44,239 bases of DNA from Somniosus microcephalus (taxonomy: Eukaryota): positions 139,996,001 to 140,040,239 of the forward strand of contig JBMRGM010000035.1 of assembly GCA_052327205.1 (NCBI GenBank), given 5' to 3'. Below the pieces are notes generated by a model. It worked only from the letters and a program-made list of their open reading frames with translations, ran no database searches and had not been told where the DNA came from. Below are positions 1-11,079 of this stretch, one piece after another (within the stretch, counting starts at the first letter, position 1; every line of letters starts with the position of its first letter). A program made the position numbers and the translations under genes.

Positions 1-153
1 TGGGATTGGGTGCAATGCTGGGTTTCTACCCCGCCCAATATTACTCTTCAATGGAGAGTAAAATCAAGGGCGGGGAGGGGAGGTAAAGCCAGCGTTGAAC
101 CGGATCCCATCAGTTACCCAACGGAGCGGGTAAGGTTAAAATAACAACCCCCC
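1..153. mobile_element. Partial palindromic MITE-like element (centre and right arm)
   Basis: Imperfect inverted repeat TGGGATTGGGTGCAATGCTGG ... CCAGCGTTGAACCGGATCCCA around TTACTCTTCAATGGAGAGTAA. A related half copy lies at about 24740-24875. Confidence 0.55.
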
Positions 154-164
154 CATGTCCATTA

Positions 165-507
165 TCATCCGCTTGGCTCAGTTGGTAGCATTCTTACTTG
201 AACTTAAAGGTCATGGGTTCAAGCCCCACATTTGCACACACAATCTAGGTCGACACTTCAGTACTGAAGAAGCGCTTATGGTCAGAGGTGCGTGCCCGCG
301 AGACCAGCCGCTAAACCAAGGGCCCAACCGCCGTCTCAGGCGGACGTAAAAGATCCCACGGCCACTATCTTGAAGGGGAACAGGGCCATCTCCCCACATG
401 CTGGTCAACATTCCTCCCTCAAACAAAACAATACACAAACAAAAAGTTGTCGGGTCATTCATTTATTTGCTGTTTTGAGGGATCTTGCTGTGCACAATTG
501 GCCGCCA
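165..507 (+). mobile_element. tRNA-derived Deu-domain SINE (SacSINE1-like), decayed
   Basis: A box TGGCTCAGTTGG, B box GGTTCAAGCCC, Deu-like core TAAACCAAGGGCCC...GACGTAAAAGATCCCACGGCCACTAT. Matches about nine other copies in the window. Confidence 0.75.
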
Positions 508-514
508 TAATGGA

Positions 515-1455
515 GGGGAGAGGAGATGATTTTTTTTATCGCAGCGAGTTATGATGATCTGGAATGCACTGCCTGAAAGGGTGGTGGAAGCAGCTTCAGA
601 AGTGCCAGGCAATATCTCCAACAAACGAGAGTCTAACCACTTCCTCTTGACATTCAATGGCATTACCATCGCCGAATTCCCCCACTATCAACATCCTGGG
701 GGGTCACCATTAACCAGAAACTTAACTGGACCAGCCACATAAATACTGTGGCAACAAGAGCAGGTCAGAGGCTAGGTATTCTGCGGCAAGTGTCTCACCT
801 TCTGACTCCGCAAGTAGGGAGTGTGATGGAATACTCTCCACTTGCCTGGGTGAGTGCAGCTCCAACAACACTCAAGAAGCTCGACACCATCCAGGACAAA
901 GCAGCCCGCTTGATTGGCAGCCCATCCACCACCTTAAACATTCACTCCCTCCACCACAGGCGTACCGTGGCTGCAGTGTGTATCATCTACAAGGTGCACT
1001 GCAGCAACTCGCCAAGGCTTCTTTGGCAGCACCTCCCAAACCAGCGACCTCTTCCACCTAGAAGGACAAGGGCAGCAGGCGCATGGGAACACCACCACCT
1101 CCAAGTCACACACCATCCTGCCTTAGAAGTACATCGCTGATCCTTCATCGTCGCTGGGTCAAAATCCTGGATCTCCCTACCCAACAGCACTGTGGGAGTA
1201 TCTTCACCACATGGACTGCAGCGGTTCAAGGCGGCGGCTCACCACCACCTTCTCAAGGGCAACAAATGCTTGCCTTGCCAGCGACGCCCAGATCCCATAA
1301 ATGAATTTAAAAAAAAACTTGTAAAGGAAATAATTGCAGGGCTAAGGAGAAACAGCAGCAAGGAGGAGTAGAACTAATTGGATCGCTCTTTCAAAGAGCT
1401 GGCACAGGCACGATGGGCTGAATGGCCTCCTTCTGTACTGTACGAGTCTATGATT
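515..1455 (+). mobile_element. CR1 3' fragment (about 515-600 and 1318-1455) interrupted by the 3' end of a second LINE family (about 600-1317)
   Basis: CR1 motif IWNALPERVVEA, then RT C-terminal remnant MEYSPLAW...KKLDTIQDKAARLI with its own A-ending tail, then the CR1 terminal hairpin resumes. Confidence 0.7.
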
Positions 1456-1869
1456 ACAACCTAATAGACTACCTTTTAAAGTGTTAAGTGCTTTGGGACA
1501 TCCCAAGGACGCGATAATGGTGTATATAAATCTGAGTGCTCCCTTCATAATCGAAATGCAACACTGTATTCACACCGAGTGCTATCGTCAGACATCATTT
1601 ATGGTTCCTTCAGTAAAGAAACATGCTCCTTCAGTAAAGAAACATTCTCCTTCTGTGGCACGGCCCCAAACACAGCGCACACATTGCTTACGGGTCACAA
1701 GCACAAAAGCTTCCCTGTGACACTCCTCACCAGAACACACTTTTCAAGCAGGCCAGATAGGACCAGGGTTGTGGGGCGGGTCTTGATCCCGCAACCTTCT
1801 GACTCAGAGGCGAGAGTGCTACCCACTGAGCCACTGGCCGACACCTAACAGACTTGCAAGAAGGGGAGT

Positions 1870-2345
1870 GGAGGAGATTCACCAGGATGTTACCTGGAGC
1901 ATTTCAGCTATGAAGAGAGACTGGACAGGCTGGGGTTGTTTTCCTTAGAGCAGAGAAGGCTGAGGGGGGACCTGATTGAGGTGTACAAAATTATGAGGGG
2001 CGTAGATAGAAAGGAACTTCTCCCCTTAGTAGAGGGGTCAATAATCGGGGGCCGAGATTCAAGGTAAGGGGCAGGAGGTTTAGAGGGGATTTGAGGAAAA
2101 ACTTTTTCACCCAGAGGGTGGTTGGAATCTGGAACTCGCTGCCTGAAAGGGTGGTAGAGGCAGGAACCCTCACAACATTCAAGAAGCATTTAGATGAGCA
2201 CTTGAAACGTCATAGCATACAAGGCTACGGACCAAGTGCTGGAAAGTGGGATTTGAATAGACAGGGCTTGATGGCCGGCGCAGACACGATGGGCCGAAGG
2301 GCCTCTTTCTGTGCTGTATAACTCTGTGACTCTCTATGACTATAA
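1870..2345 (+). mobile_element. 5'-truncated CR1 LINE
   Basis: RRFTRM...RKNFFTQRVVGIWNSLPERVVEA, similar to the ORF2 C-terminus at 10680-11079. Terminal hairpin and (ACTCT(G/A)TG)n-type tail. Confidence 0.85.
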
Positions 2346-2801
2346 CAAACCTCGAGTGGTTGGAGGCACAATTGGAAGCGGTTGTTGGGCCCGAGCTGGC
2401 CTGTCGGAATTTTTCCTCCCGGGCCAAATGGGCATCTCTCATCCAGATCGAACACGTGACTCAATCGAGACCGCAAACAAACAGCAAGTTGGCAGACTTT
2501 CTCCCACAACAGGGCGGGCCACCGCTGTCCTCCAGGACATTGTTGCTGGAACTGCTTCCAACTTGACAATCCAATATCTATGGGAGGCGGCCCACAGTCC
2601 CTTCGGGCTCTACTGATGATTGACCAGACGCACTGGCTCATTAACACGAACCTGGGAGGGTTAGATTTGTCCCTGGACCCGGGATTCTTCCCACCCACTC
2701 TGCACTGGATCGCCTTACAATGGGTAAGGCGATCCTGGTTGGATAAATATTTGGCCAGCACAGCAGTGTTCTGTTGACAAACTGCAGTTTTAGCTTTAAT
2801 T

Positions 2802-3530
2802 ACATAGGAAGAGGAGGAGGCCATTCAGCCCCTTGGGCCTGTTCTGCCATTGAATTAGATCATTGTTAATCTGTATCTCAACTCCCATCTACCAGTCTTG
2901 GTTCCGTAACCCTTAATACCCTTGCCTAACAAAAATCTATCGATCTCAGTTTTGATATTGTCAATTGACACCACCCACCCCCCGCCAGACGCAACAGATT
3001 TTTTTTGGGAGAAGGGTGGGGGGGGGGGGGAAGGGAGAGAGAAGGGGGAGAAGAGAGAAAGAGTTCCAGATTTCCACTACCCTTTATGTGAAGTAGTGCT
3101 TCCTGAAATCACCCCTGAACAGCCTGGCTCTAATTTGAAGGTTCTGCCTTAAATCAGTTATCAAGATGGAAAGCTATCTGCTGAGATCTGATTGGCTCTG
3201 GGTGTGAGCTTTCCATTCTGGTCTTCGAATCAGAATAGTACAGCACAGAAAGGGGCCATTCGGCCCATCGAGTCTGCGCCAGCTCTTTCGAAGAGCAATC
3301 CAGTTAGTCCACTCCCTCCGCTCTTTCCCCATATCCCTGCAATTTTTTCTCCTTCAAGTATTTATCCAATTCCCTTTTGAGGGCTACTATTGACTCTGTA
3401 TCCACCACCCTATCAGGCAGTGCATTCCAAATCCTAACCACTCGTTGCATAAAAAAGATTTTCCTCACGTCACCCCTGGTACTTTTGCCAACCAACTTAT
3501 ATCTGTGCCCCCTCCTTGGTTATCAACCCT
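2802..3530 (-). mobile_element. Two 5'-truncated CR1 3' ends (about 2802-3150 and 3225-3530)
   Basis: Minus-strand FFMQRVVRIWNALPDRVV and reverse-complemented CR1 terminal hairpins. Confidence 0.75.
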
Positions 3531-3939
3531 TCAGAGCCAATGTTGTCTCCTTCAGAATCTGACCAACCTATTGTGCATCTCCAGAATTTTCTTTTAAATT
3601 TAGATACCCCAGCACTTATATTTTTGAAACATATCTATTAAGTATCAAGTCCTTCAGGAGCACTGCATGTGGGATGAAAAATCACATGATTTAAAAATAT
3701 AAATCTTGTAACTACTTATAATTTCCCCTCCCTGTTTTACCACAGTCTGCAGGAGCCAGAGTAGGTTTGTAATCTCCCCTCCTTCAGCTTTTATCACCGT
3801 CTCTGCGAGCTGCCCATTCTGCACCGTGTTACTAAGCACAGCCCTGCTGTGAAGTTCCACAGCCCGCTCCTCTCCACCCAGCCAGGTCTCAGCAAGTCTC
3901 TCACGTCCCATCTCAATCAGCCCAGCAGGGGAGGTAGGA

Positions 3940-4470
3940 GTGCAACCACACTGGAGTTCTGTGCGCAGGTCTGGGCTCCAGATTCCAAAAAGGGTACAGA
4001 GGCACTGGAGAATGTGCAAAAAAATATAGATTTATAAAAAGGATGATACCAGAACGGAGGTGTCTTAACGATAAGATTGAACAGGCTCTAGAAAAAAAAG
4101 AGAAGGCCGAGTGGTGAACTGATAGGTCTTTAAAAGTACGAAGGGGTTTGATAGGGTAGATGTTTCCACTGGAGGGGGGAGAGCAGAGCTAGGGGTCATA
4201 AATATAAGATAGTCATTCATAAATCCAATAGGGAATTCAGGAGAGGTTCTTCACTCAGAGTGGTTTGAATGTGGATCTTAGTACCACATGGAGTGCTTGA
4301 GGCAAATAGCATAGATTCCTTTAAAGAGAAGCTGGATGAACACACGAAGGAGAAAGGAATAGGAGGATATGCTGATAGGGTGAGATGAAGTAGAGCGAGA
4401 GGGGGCTCGTGTGGAGCATAAACATCAGCAGGGACCAGTTGGGCCGAAGAGCCTGGTTCCGTGCAGTAAA
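3940..4470 (+). mobile_element. Decayed CR1 3' fragment
   Basis: CCACACTGGAGTTCTGTGCGCAGGTCTGG (PHLEYC.QFW-like) through the 3' UTR. Same subfamily as 14530-15055 and 39165-39580. Confidence 0.75.
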
Positions 4471-5294
4471 TACTGTGCAATTGGCCACAGCANNNNNNNN
4501 NNNNNNNNNNNNNNNNNNNNNNNNNNNNNNNNNNNNNNNNNNNNNNNNNNNNNNNNNNNNNNNNNNNNNNNNNNNNNNNNNNNNNNNNNNNNNNNNNNNN
4601 NNNNNNNNNNNNNNNNNNNNNNNNNNNNNNNNNNNNNNNNNNNNNNNNNNNNNNNNNNNNNNNNNNNNNNNNNNNNNNNNNNNNNNNNNNNNNNNNNNNN
4701 NNNNNNNNNNNNNNNNNNNNNNNNNNNNNNNNNNNNNNNNNNNNNNNNNNNNNNNNNNNNNNNNNNNNNNNNNNNNNNNNNNNNNNNNNNNNNNNNNNNN
4801 NNNNNNNNNNNNNNNNNNNNNNNNNNNNNNNNNNNNNNNNNNNNNNNNNNNNNNNNNNNNNNNNNNNNNNNNNNNNNNNNNNNNNNNNNNNNNNNNNNNN
4901 NNNNNNNNNNNNNNNNNNNNNNNNNNNNNNNNNNNNNNNNNNNNNNNNNNNNNNNNNNNNNNNNNNNNNNNNNNNNNNNNNNNNNNNNNNNNNNNNNNNN
5001 NNNNNNNNNNNNNNNNNNNNNNNNNNNNNNNNNNNNNNNNNNNNNNNNNNNNNNNNNNNNNNNNNNNNNNNNNNNNNNNNNNNNNNNNNNNNNNNNNNNN
5101 NNNNNNNNNNNNNNNNNNNNNNNNNNNNNNNNNNNNNNNNNNNNNNNNNNNNNNNNNNNNNNNNNNNNNNNNNNNNNNNNNNNNNNNNNNNNNNNNNNNN
5201 NNNNNNNNNNNNNNNNNNNNNNNNNNNNNNNNNNNNNNNNNNNNNNNNNNNNNNNNNNNNNNNNNNNNNNNNNNNNNNNNNNNNNNNNNNNNCA

Positions 5295-6602
5295 TTGTCT
5301 GTGCTTGGCCGGGCCTGTGGTTGTAAGGATGTAAAGGCCGCCGTGTACACAGAGGAACTTATCCGGGACGCTTTTGTAGCGGGCCACAGATCCAATTACA
5401 CCCGACAGCGACTGTTGGAGCAGAGTAACCTCGACCTCAACAAGGCCTCTGAACTCGCACTATCGTTGGATGCAGCCTACCAGGGCATGGATGCCTACTC
5501 CTCTGCACCGTGGACGCCGCGGGGAATGACAGCCTGGGACACGGTAGGACCGCCTCATAGCGCCGTGCCACCCCAGCCACACCCCAACAACGGCCCAACT
5601 ACCGCAGCAGTGTCCCAAGGCCAGACAGCAGTGCCCCAAGGCCAGAAATGCTACTTCTGTGGCCAGGCAAAACACCCCAGAGCGCGCTGCCCGGCGAAAA
5701 ACGCGATCTGCTCGGGCTGCGGGAAGAAGGGACACTACGCTAGCGTCTGCAGGGCCAAAGCCACCCCGAACCCCAGCAGCGCCGCGTGTGGGCCATGCGG
5801 GCCGCCATCTTGGACCTCCCCGGCCATGTGCGAATCACCGGTACAGCAGCCATTTTGGACGCCTCCAGCCACATGGGGATCATGGACGCCGCCATCTTGG
5901 ACGACAGCCGGGACGCAGCAGGCCCCCGACACCGCCTCATCTGATACCCGCAGCGACACACCGACCCCTACGCTGGCATCCGTTACACTGGACCAAGCGA
6001 GACCGCACCAACTGGCCAGTTCCACAATGGACATTAAGGTAAATGGTCACGATACAATCTGCCTTTTTGACTCTGGGAGCACGGAGAGCTTCATCCACCC
6101 CGACACGGTGCGGCGTTGCTCTCTCCCAGTCCTGCCTGCGCAACAGCGGATTTCTATGGCCTCCGAGTCCCAGTCGGCGGACATCGGCGGCTACTGCGTG
6201 GTGACACTCGTAGTAGACGGGACCGTGTACGATCATTTTAAACTTCTGGTCCTGCCTGACCTCTGCGCTGCCGTCCTGCTGGGGTTAGATTTTCAGTGCC
6301 ACCTTAAAAGTGTTACGATGGCGTACGGTGGACCCCTACCCCCACTCACAGTCCACAGCCAGCAGCTTCCAAATTGCCCGCCGCGCACCAGGTGCAACCT
6401 CTCCACACTCAGAGTCACCCCCCCACCACTGTTTGCTAACCTCACCCCCGACTGTAAGCCCTTCGCCACAAAGAGCAGGCGATACAGTGCCGGGGACAGG
6501 GTTTTCATTAAAACCGAAGTGGAGCGGCTCCTGAAAGAAGGGATTATTGAGGGCAGCACCAGCCCCTGGCGAGCCCAGGTTGTGGTCATTAAGACCGGCG
6601 AG
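5295..6602 (+). CDS. Gypsy A gag-pol, N-terminal part (gag zinc knuckles, aspartic protease, start of RT); 5'-partial
   Basis: CYFCGQAKHPRARC and CSGCGKKGHYASVC knuckles, protease LFDSGS, RT start GIIEGSTSPWRAQVVV. Confidence 0.9.
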
Positions 6603-6750
6603 TGCTTTGTGCATTGAGTGCTGTTGGAGTTTTGCTAAGTGGGAGAAAAATCATTTAAGTGTATTTTGTGAATTTTAGTGTGTTAAGAAGTCAATTATTT
6701 GAAGTAAGTTTAATTTTTTAAGGGTTTTTTAAACTCTTGGGCAGTTTAAA

Positions 6751-6800
6751 CAGGAAGTAGAATCCGGGTATAAAAGGGGAGGGGCTAGTGCAGTGCACGG
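6751..6800 (+). promoter_or_regulatory. Candidate Pol II core promoter in the CR1 5' UTR (ETS site and TATA box)
   Basis: CAGGAAGT at 6751-6758 and TATAAAAG at 6769-6776. The TATA starts 31 nt upstream of the second copy of the 47-nt repeat. Confidence 0.6.
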
Positions 6801-7135
6801 AGTGCTTTGTGCATTGAGTGCTGTTGGAGTTTTGCTAAGTGGGAGAGTTCGGATAAGTGGGAGGTGAGGGTGTGTTTTTTGCTCTGTTTTATTCCCCACT
6901 CCCAGGCTTAGACAGCACTGCAGAGGCGGAGCAGCGAGACGAGTCAACCAAACAGGCTCCACAGACAGTATTCAAGGAGGAGGTTGGTGATCAGCTGGTT
7001 GGTTGGTTTTCTTCCTTCTCTTCTCTTTCATACCTTTAAGTTGGTAATTCCTATTGAATAGTGGTGTGATATTATCATATATATCCGGGCAGGGTCTTCA
7101 TAACTAATAATAAGAAATTTAATTAATTATATAGA

Positions 7136-8089
7136 ATGGAGCAGGTGATGTGTTACTGTTGCGAGATGTGGGAGCCGGTGAACCCCATTGAGGCTAACGG
7201 TGATTACATCTGCGACAAGTGTTTGCTGCTAGAGGAACTCAAGTTCCATGTTATGGAGCTTGAGACTGAGCTTCGGACACTGCGACACATCAGGGAGGGG
7301 GAGAAGTTCCTGGACTCTATGTTTCAGGAGATGGTCACACCTATGAAGTTAATTACTGCAGATGTAGTCCGTGGTCAGGGACAGGACGGTGTGACTACGA
7401 GTGAGGAAGGTACAGGGATCCAGGATGTAGTGTTGAAGGAGACGCAGCCCTTGTTCTTGTCCAGCAGGATCGAGGTTCTTACTCCCTGTGAGGGCGGGAG
7501 CGGGGACTGCAGGGAGGATGAGCAACCTGGCCACAGCACCGTGGTACAGGGGGCCATTCAAGTGGAGGGAGTAAAAAGAAATGTTGTAGTGGTAGGGGAT
7601 AGTATCATTAGGGGGATAGATAGGGTTCTCTGCAGTCAAGAGCGGGAGTCCCGAAGGCTGTGTTGCCTGCCTGGTGCCAGGGTTAAGGACATCTCTTCTG
7701 GGCTGGAAAGAAACTTGCAGTGGGAGGGGGAGGATCCAGTTGTCGTGGTCCATGTTGGTACAAACGACGTAGATAGGACAAGGAAGACGGTTCTGTTAAA
7801 GGAGTATGAGCAGCTAGGGGTCAAATTAAAAAACAGAACCTCAAGGGTAATAATCTCTGGGTTATTACCTGAGCCACGAGCGAATTTGGCTAGGATAAAT
7901 AAAATTAAAGAGTTAAATGCGTGGCTCAAAGACTGGTGTGGGAGAAATGGGTTTTGCTTCTTGGGACACTGGCACCAGTACTGGGACAGGAGGGAGCTGT
8001 TCTGTTGGGACGGACTCCACTTGGCCAGTGCTGGGACTAGAGTCCTGGCGAATCATATAACTAGGGCTGTAGAGAGGGCTTTAAACTAA
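7136..8089 (+). CDS. CR1 ORF1p: Cys4 zinc finger, coiled coil and SGNH/GDSL esterase domain
   Basis: CYCC...CDKC, heptad region LEELKFHVMELETELRTL, SGNH blocks VVVVGDSIIR, PGA, VHVGTND and DGLHL. Confidence 0.93.
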   Translation: MEQVMCYCCEMWEPVNPIEANGDYICDKCLLLEELKFHVMELETELRTLRHIREGEKFLDSMFQEMVTPMKLITADVVRGQGQDGVTTSEEGTGIQDVVLKETQPLFLSSRIEVLTPCEGGSGDCREDEQPGHSTVVQGAIQVEGVKRNVVVVGDSIIRGIDRVLCSQERESRRLCCLPGARVKDISSGLERNLQWEGEDPVVVVHVGTNDVDRTRKTVLLKEYEQLGVKLKNRTSRVIISGLLPEPRANLARINKIKELNAWLKDWCGRNGFCFLGHWHQYWDRRELFCWDGLHLASAGTRVLANHITRAVERALN

Positions 8090-8127
8090 TTAGTGGGGGG
8101 GAGGTTTCTAGAGAGCAAATAATAGAA

Positions 8128-11079
8128 ATGACAACAGAGAAGGTCATAGACTTAGGTAGCAGTGGGGGAATTAAAAAACAGAATGTGTCAGGAAGGGACA
8201 GAAGGTATGGAGTAAAAAGTAAAGTAATAAAAAGGGAAAAAACAGGAACTAAGTGTTGCAAAACATATTTGAAAGTTCTTTATCTGAATGCACGTAGCAT
8301 TCGTAACAAAATGAATGAGTTAACGGCACAAATAATGACATATGGGTATGATCTTGTGGCCATTACAGAAACATGGCTGCAGGGTGACCATGACTGGGAA
8401 TTAAACATACCAGGTTATTTAACAATCAGGAAGGACAGGCAGGAAGGGAGAGGAGGTGGGGTGGCTATGTTAATAAAGGAAGGAATCACTATAATACAGA
8501 GAAATGATATTGGGTCAAAGGAGCAGGATAGTGAAACAGTTTGGGTGGAGGTAAGGAGTAATAAGGGGAAAAAAACACTAGTGGGTGTAGTCTATAGGCC
8601 TCCGAACAGTTGCAACTCTGTTGGACGGAGTATTAATCAGGAAATAGTTGAGGCTTGTAATAAGGGAACAGCTATAATTATGGGGGATTTTAATTATCAT
8701 ATTAACTGGACAAATCAAATTGGGCAGAGCAGCCTTGAGGAAGAGTTCATTGAGTGTATTAGGGATGGGTTTCTTGAGCAGTATGTAACTGAACCGACCA
8801 GGGGGCAAGCAACCTTAGATCTGGTCCTGTGTAATGAGACGGGATTAATTAAAAATGTCCTAGTAAAGGATCCCCTTGGAATGAGTGACCATAACATGGT
8901 TGAATTCCATATTCAATTAGAGGGTGAGAAGGTTGGATCTCAAACAAGCATGCTGAGCTTGAATAAAGGAGACTATGAAGGTATGAGAGCGGAATTAATT
9001 AGAGTGGACTGGGAAAATAGGTTAAAGGGTAAGACGGTACATGACCAGTGGTGTACATTTAAGGAGTTATTTTACAACTTCCAAAAAAAATATATTCCAC
9101 TGAGGAAAAAAGGGTGTAAAAGAAAAGATAGCCATCCGTGGCTAAGTAAAGTAATTAAGGATAGTATCCGACTAAAAACAAGGGCATATAAGGTAGCCAA
9201 ATCTAGTGGGAGGATGGAAGATTGGGAAGTCTTTAAAAGACAGCAAAAAATAACAAAAAGATTGATTAAGAAAGGGAAGATAGATTATGAAAGTAAATTA
9301 GCAAAAAATATAAAAACAGACAGTAAAAGTTTCTATAGTTATATAAAAAGAAAAAGGGTGGCTAAAGTAAATGTTGGTCCCTTAGAGGATGAGACCGGGA
9401 AATTAATGGTGGGAAACATGGAGATGGCAAAAACATTGAACAATTATTTTGTATCAGTCTTTACAGTAGAGGACATTAAGAATATCCCAACATTGGACAA
9501 ACAGGGGGCTCTAGGGGGGGAGGAACTAAATACAATTAAAATCACTAAGGAAGTGGTACTTGGTAAAATAATGGGACTCAAGGCGGATAAATCCCCTGGA
9601 CCTGATGGCTTACATCCTAGGGTCTTGAGGGAAGTAGCGGTAGGGATTGTGGATGCATTGGTAATAATTTTCCAAAACTCACTGGACTCAGCAAAGGTCC
9701 CGGCAGATTGGAAAACTGCTAATGTAACACCCTTATTTAAAAAGGGTAGTAGGCAGAAGGCTGGAAACTATAGACCTGTTAGCCTAACATCTGTGGTTGG
9801 TAAAATGTTAGAGTCCATTATTAAGGAGACAGTAACGGGACATTTGGATAAACATAATTTAATAGGGCAAACTCAGCATGGTTTCATGAAGGGGAAGTCA
9901 TGTTTAACAAATTTGCTTGAGTTTTTTGAGGAAGTAACATACAGGGTGGATAAAGGGGAACCAGTGGACGTAGTGTATTTAGACTTCCAAAAGGCATTTG
10001 ACAAGGTGCCACACAAAAGATTATTGCTCAAGATAAAAAATCACGGGATTGGGGGTAATATTCTGGCGTGGGTGGAGGATTGGCTCTCAAACAGAAAGCA
10101 GAGAGTTGGGATAAATGGTTCATTCTCAGATTGGCAACCAGTAACTAGTGGTGTTCCGCAGGGGTCAGTGCTGGGTCCCCAACTCTTTACAATCTATATT
10201 AATGATTTGGAGGAGGGGACCGAGTGTAACATATCAAAGTTTGCAGATGATACAAAGATGGGACGGAAAGTAGTGAGTGAGGAGGACATAAAAAACCTGC
10301 AAAGGGACATAGACAGGCTAAGTAAGTGGGCAGAGATTTGGCAGATGGAATACAATACTGGAAAGTGTGAGGTTATGCACTTTGGCAGGAAAAATCATAG
10401 AGCAAGTTATTATCTTAATGGCAAGAAACTGGAAAGTACTGTAGTACAAAGGGATCTGGGGGTCCTGGTGCACGAAACTCAAAAAGTTAGTATTCAGGTG
10501 CAGCAAGTGATTAAGAAGGCCAATGGAATGTTGGCTTTTATTGCTAGGGGGTTGGAATATAAAAACAGGGAGGTATTGCTGCAGTTGTACAAGGTATTGG
10601 TGAGGCCGCACCTGGAATACTGCATACAGTTTTGGTGTCCATACTTAAGAAAAGACATACTTGCTCTCGAGTCAGTACAAAGAAGGTTCACTCGGTTAAT
10701 CCCGGGGATGAGGGGGTGGTCATATGAGGAGAGGTTGAGTAGATTGGGACTCTACTCATTGGAGTTCAGAAGAATGAGAGGCGATCTTATTGAAACATAT
10801 AAGATTGTGAAGGGGCTTGATCGGGTGGATGCGGTGAGGATGTTCCCAATGATGGGTGAAACTAGAACTAGGGGGCATAATCTTAAAATAAGGGGCTGCT
10901 CATTCAAAACTGAGATGAGGAGAAACTTCTTCACTCAGAGGGTGGTAGATTTGTGGAATTTGCTGCCCCAGAAAGCTGTGGAAGCTACATCATTAAATAA
11001 ATTTAAAACAGAAATAGATAGTTTCCTAGAAGTAAAGGGAATTAAGGGTTACGGGGAGCGGGCAGGAAATTGGACATGA
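8128..11079 (+). CDS. CR1 ORF2p: APE endonuclease and reverse transcriptase
   Basis: APE motifs YLNARS, ITETWL, YRPP, MGDFN, SDHN. RT motifs QHGF, LDFQKAFD, GVPQGSVLGP, FADDT. 983 aa with no stop; the true start codon is uncertain. Confidence 0.96.
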   Translation: MTTEKVIDLGSSGGIKKQNVSGRDRRYGVKSKVIKREKTGTKCCKTYLKVLYLNARSIRNKMNELTAQIMTYGYDLVAITETWLQGDHDWELNIPGYLTIRKDRQEGRGGGVAMLIKEGITIIQRNDIGSKEQDSETVWVEVRSNKGKKTLVGVVYRPPNSCNSVGRSINQEIVEACNKGTAIIMGDFNYHINWTNQIGQSSLEEEFIECIRDGFLEQYVTEPTRGQATLDLVLCNETGLIKNVLVKDPLGMSDHNMVEFHIQLEGEKVGSQTSMLSLNKGDYEGMRAELIRVDWENRLKGKTVHDQWCTFKELFYNFQKKYIPLRKKGCKRKDSHPWLSKVIKDSIRLKTRAYKVAKSSGRMEDWEVFKRQQKITKRLIKKGKIDYESKLAKNIKTDSKSFYSYIKRKRVAKVNVGPLEDETGKLMVGNMEMAKTLNNYFVSVFTVEDIKNIPTLDKQGALGGEELNTIKITKEVVLGKIMGLKADKSPGPDGLHPRVLREVAVGIVDALVIIFQNSLDSAKVPADWKTANVTPLFKKGSRQKAGNYRPVSLTSVVGKMLESIIKETVTGHLDKHNLIGQTQHGFMKGKSCLTNLLEFFEEVTYRVDKGEPVDVVYLDFQKAFDKVPHKRLLLKIKNHGIGGNILAWVEDWLSNRKQRVGINGSFSDWQPVTSGVPQGSVLGPQLFTIYINDLEEGTECNISKFADDTKMGRKVVSEEDIKNLQRDIDRLSKWAEIWQMEYNTGKCEVMHFGRKNHRASYYLNGKKLESTVVQRDLGVLVHETQKVSIQVQQVIKKANGMLAFIARGLEYKNREVLLQLYKVLVRPHLEYCIQFWCPYLRKDILALESVQRRFTRLIPGMRGWSYEERLSRLGLYSLEFRRMRGDLIETYKIVKGLDRVDAVRMFPMMGETRTRGHNLKIRGCSFKTEMRRNFFTQRVVDLWNLLPQKAVEATSLNKFKTEIDSFLEVKGIKGYGERAGNWT

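Noticed and set aside
1607-1653. 21-bp tandem duplication (also a 15-bp duplication at 26577-26606)
   Set aside because: Ordinary slippage duplications with no further structure.
3654-4037. Possible exon or 121-aa ORF in unique sequence
   Set aside because: No recognisable protein similarity, no partner exons, and part of it overlaps a CR1 relic.
4217-5395. Long ORFs across the first gap
   Set aside because: They are open only because of the N run.
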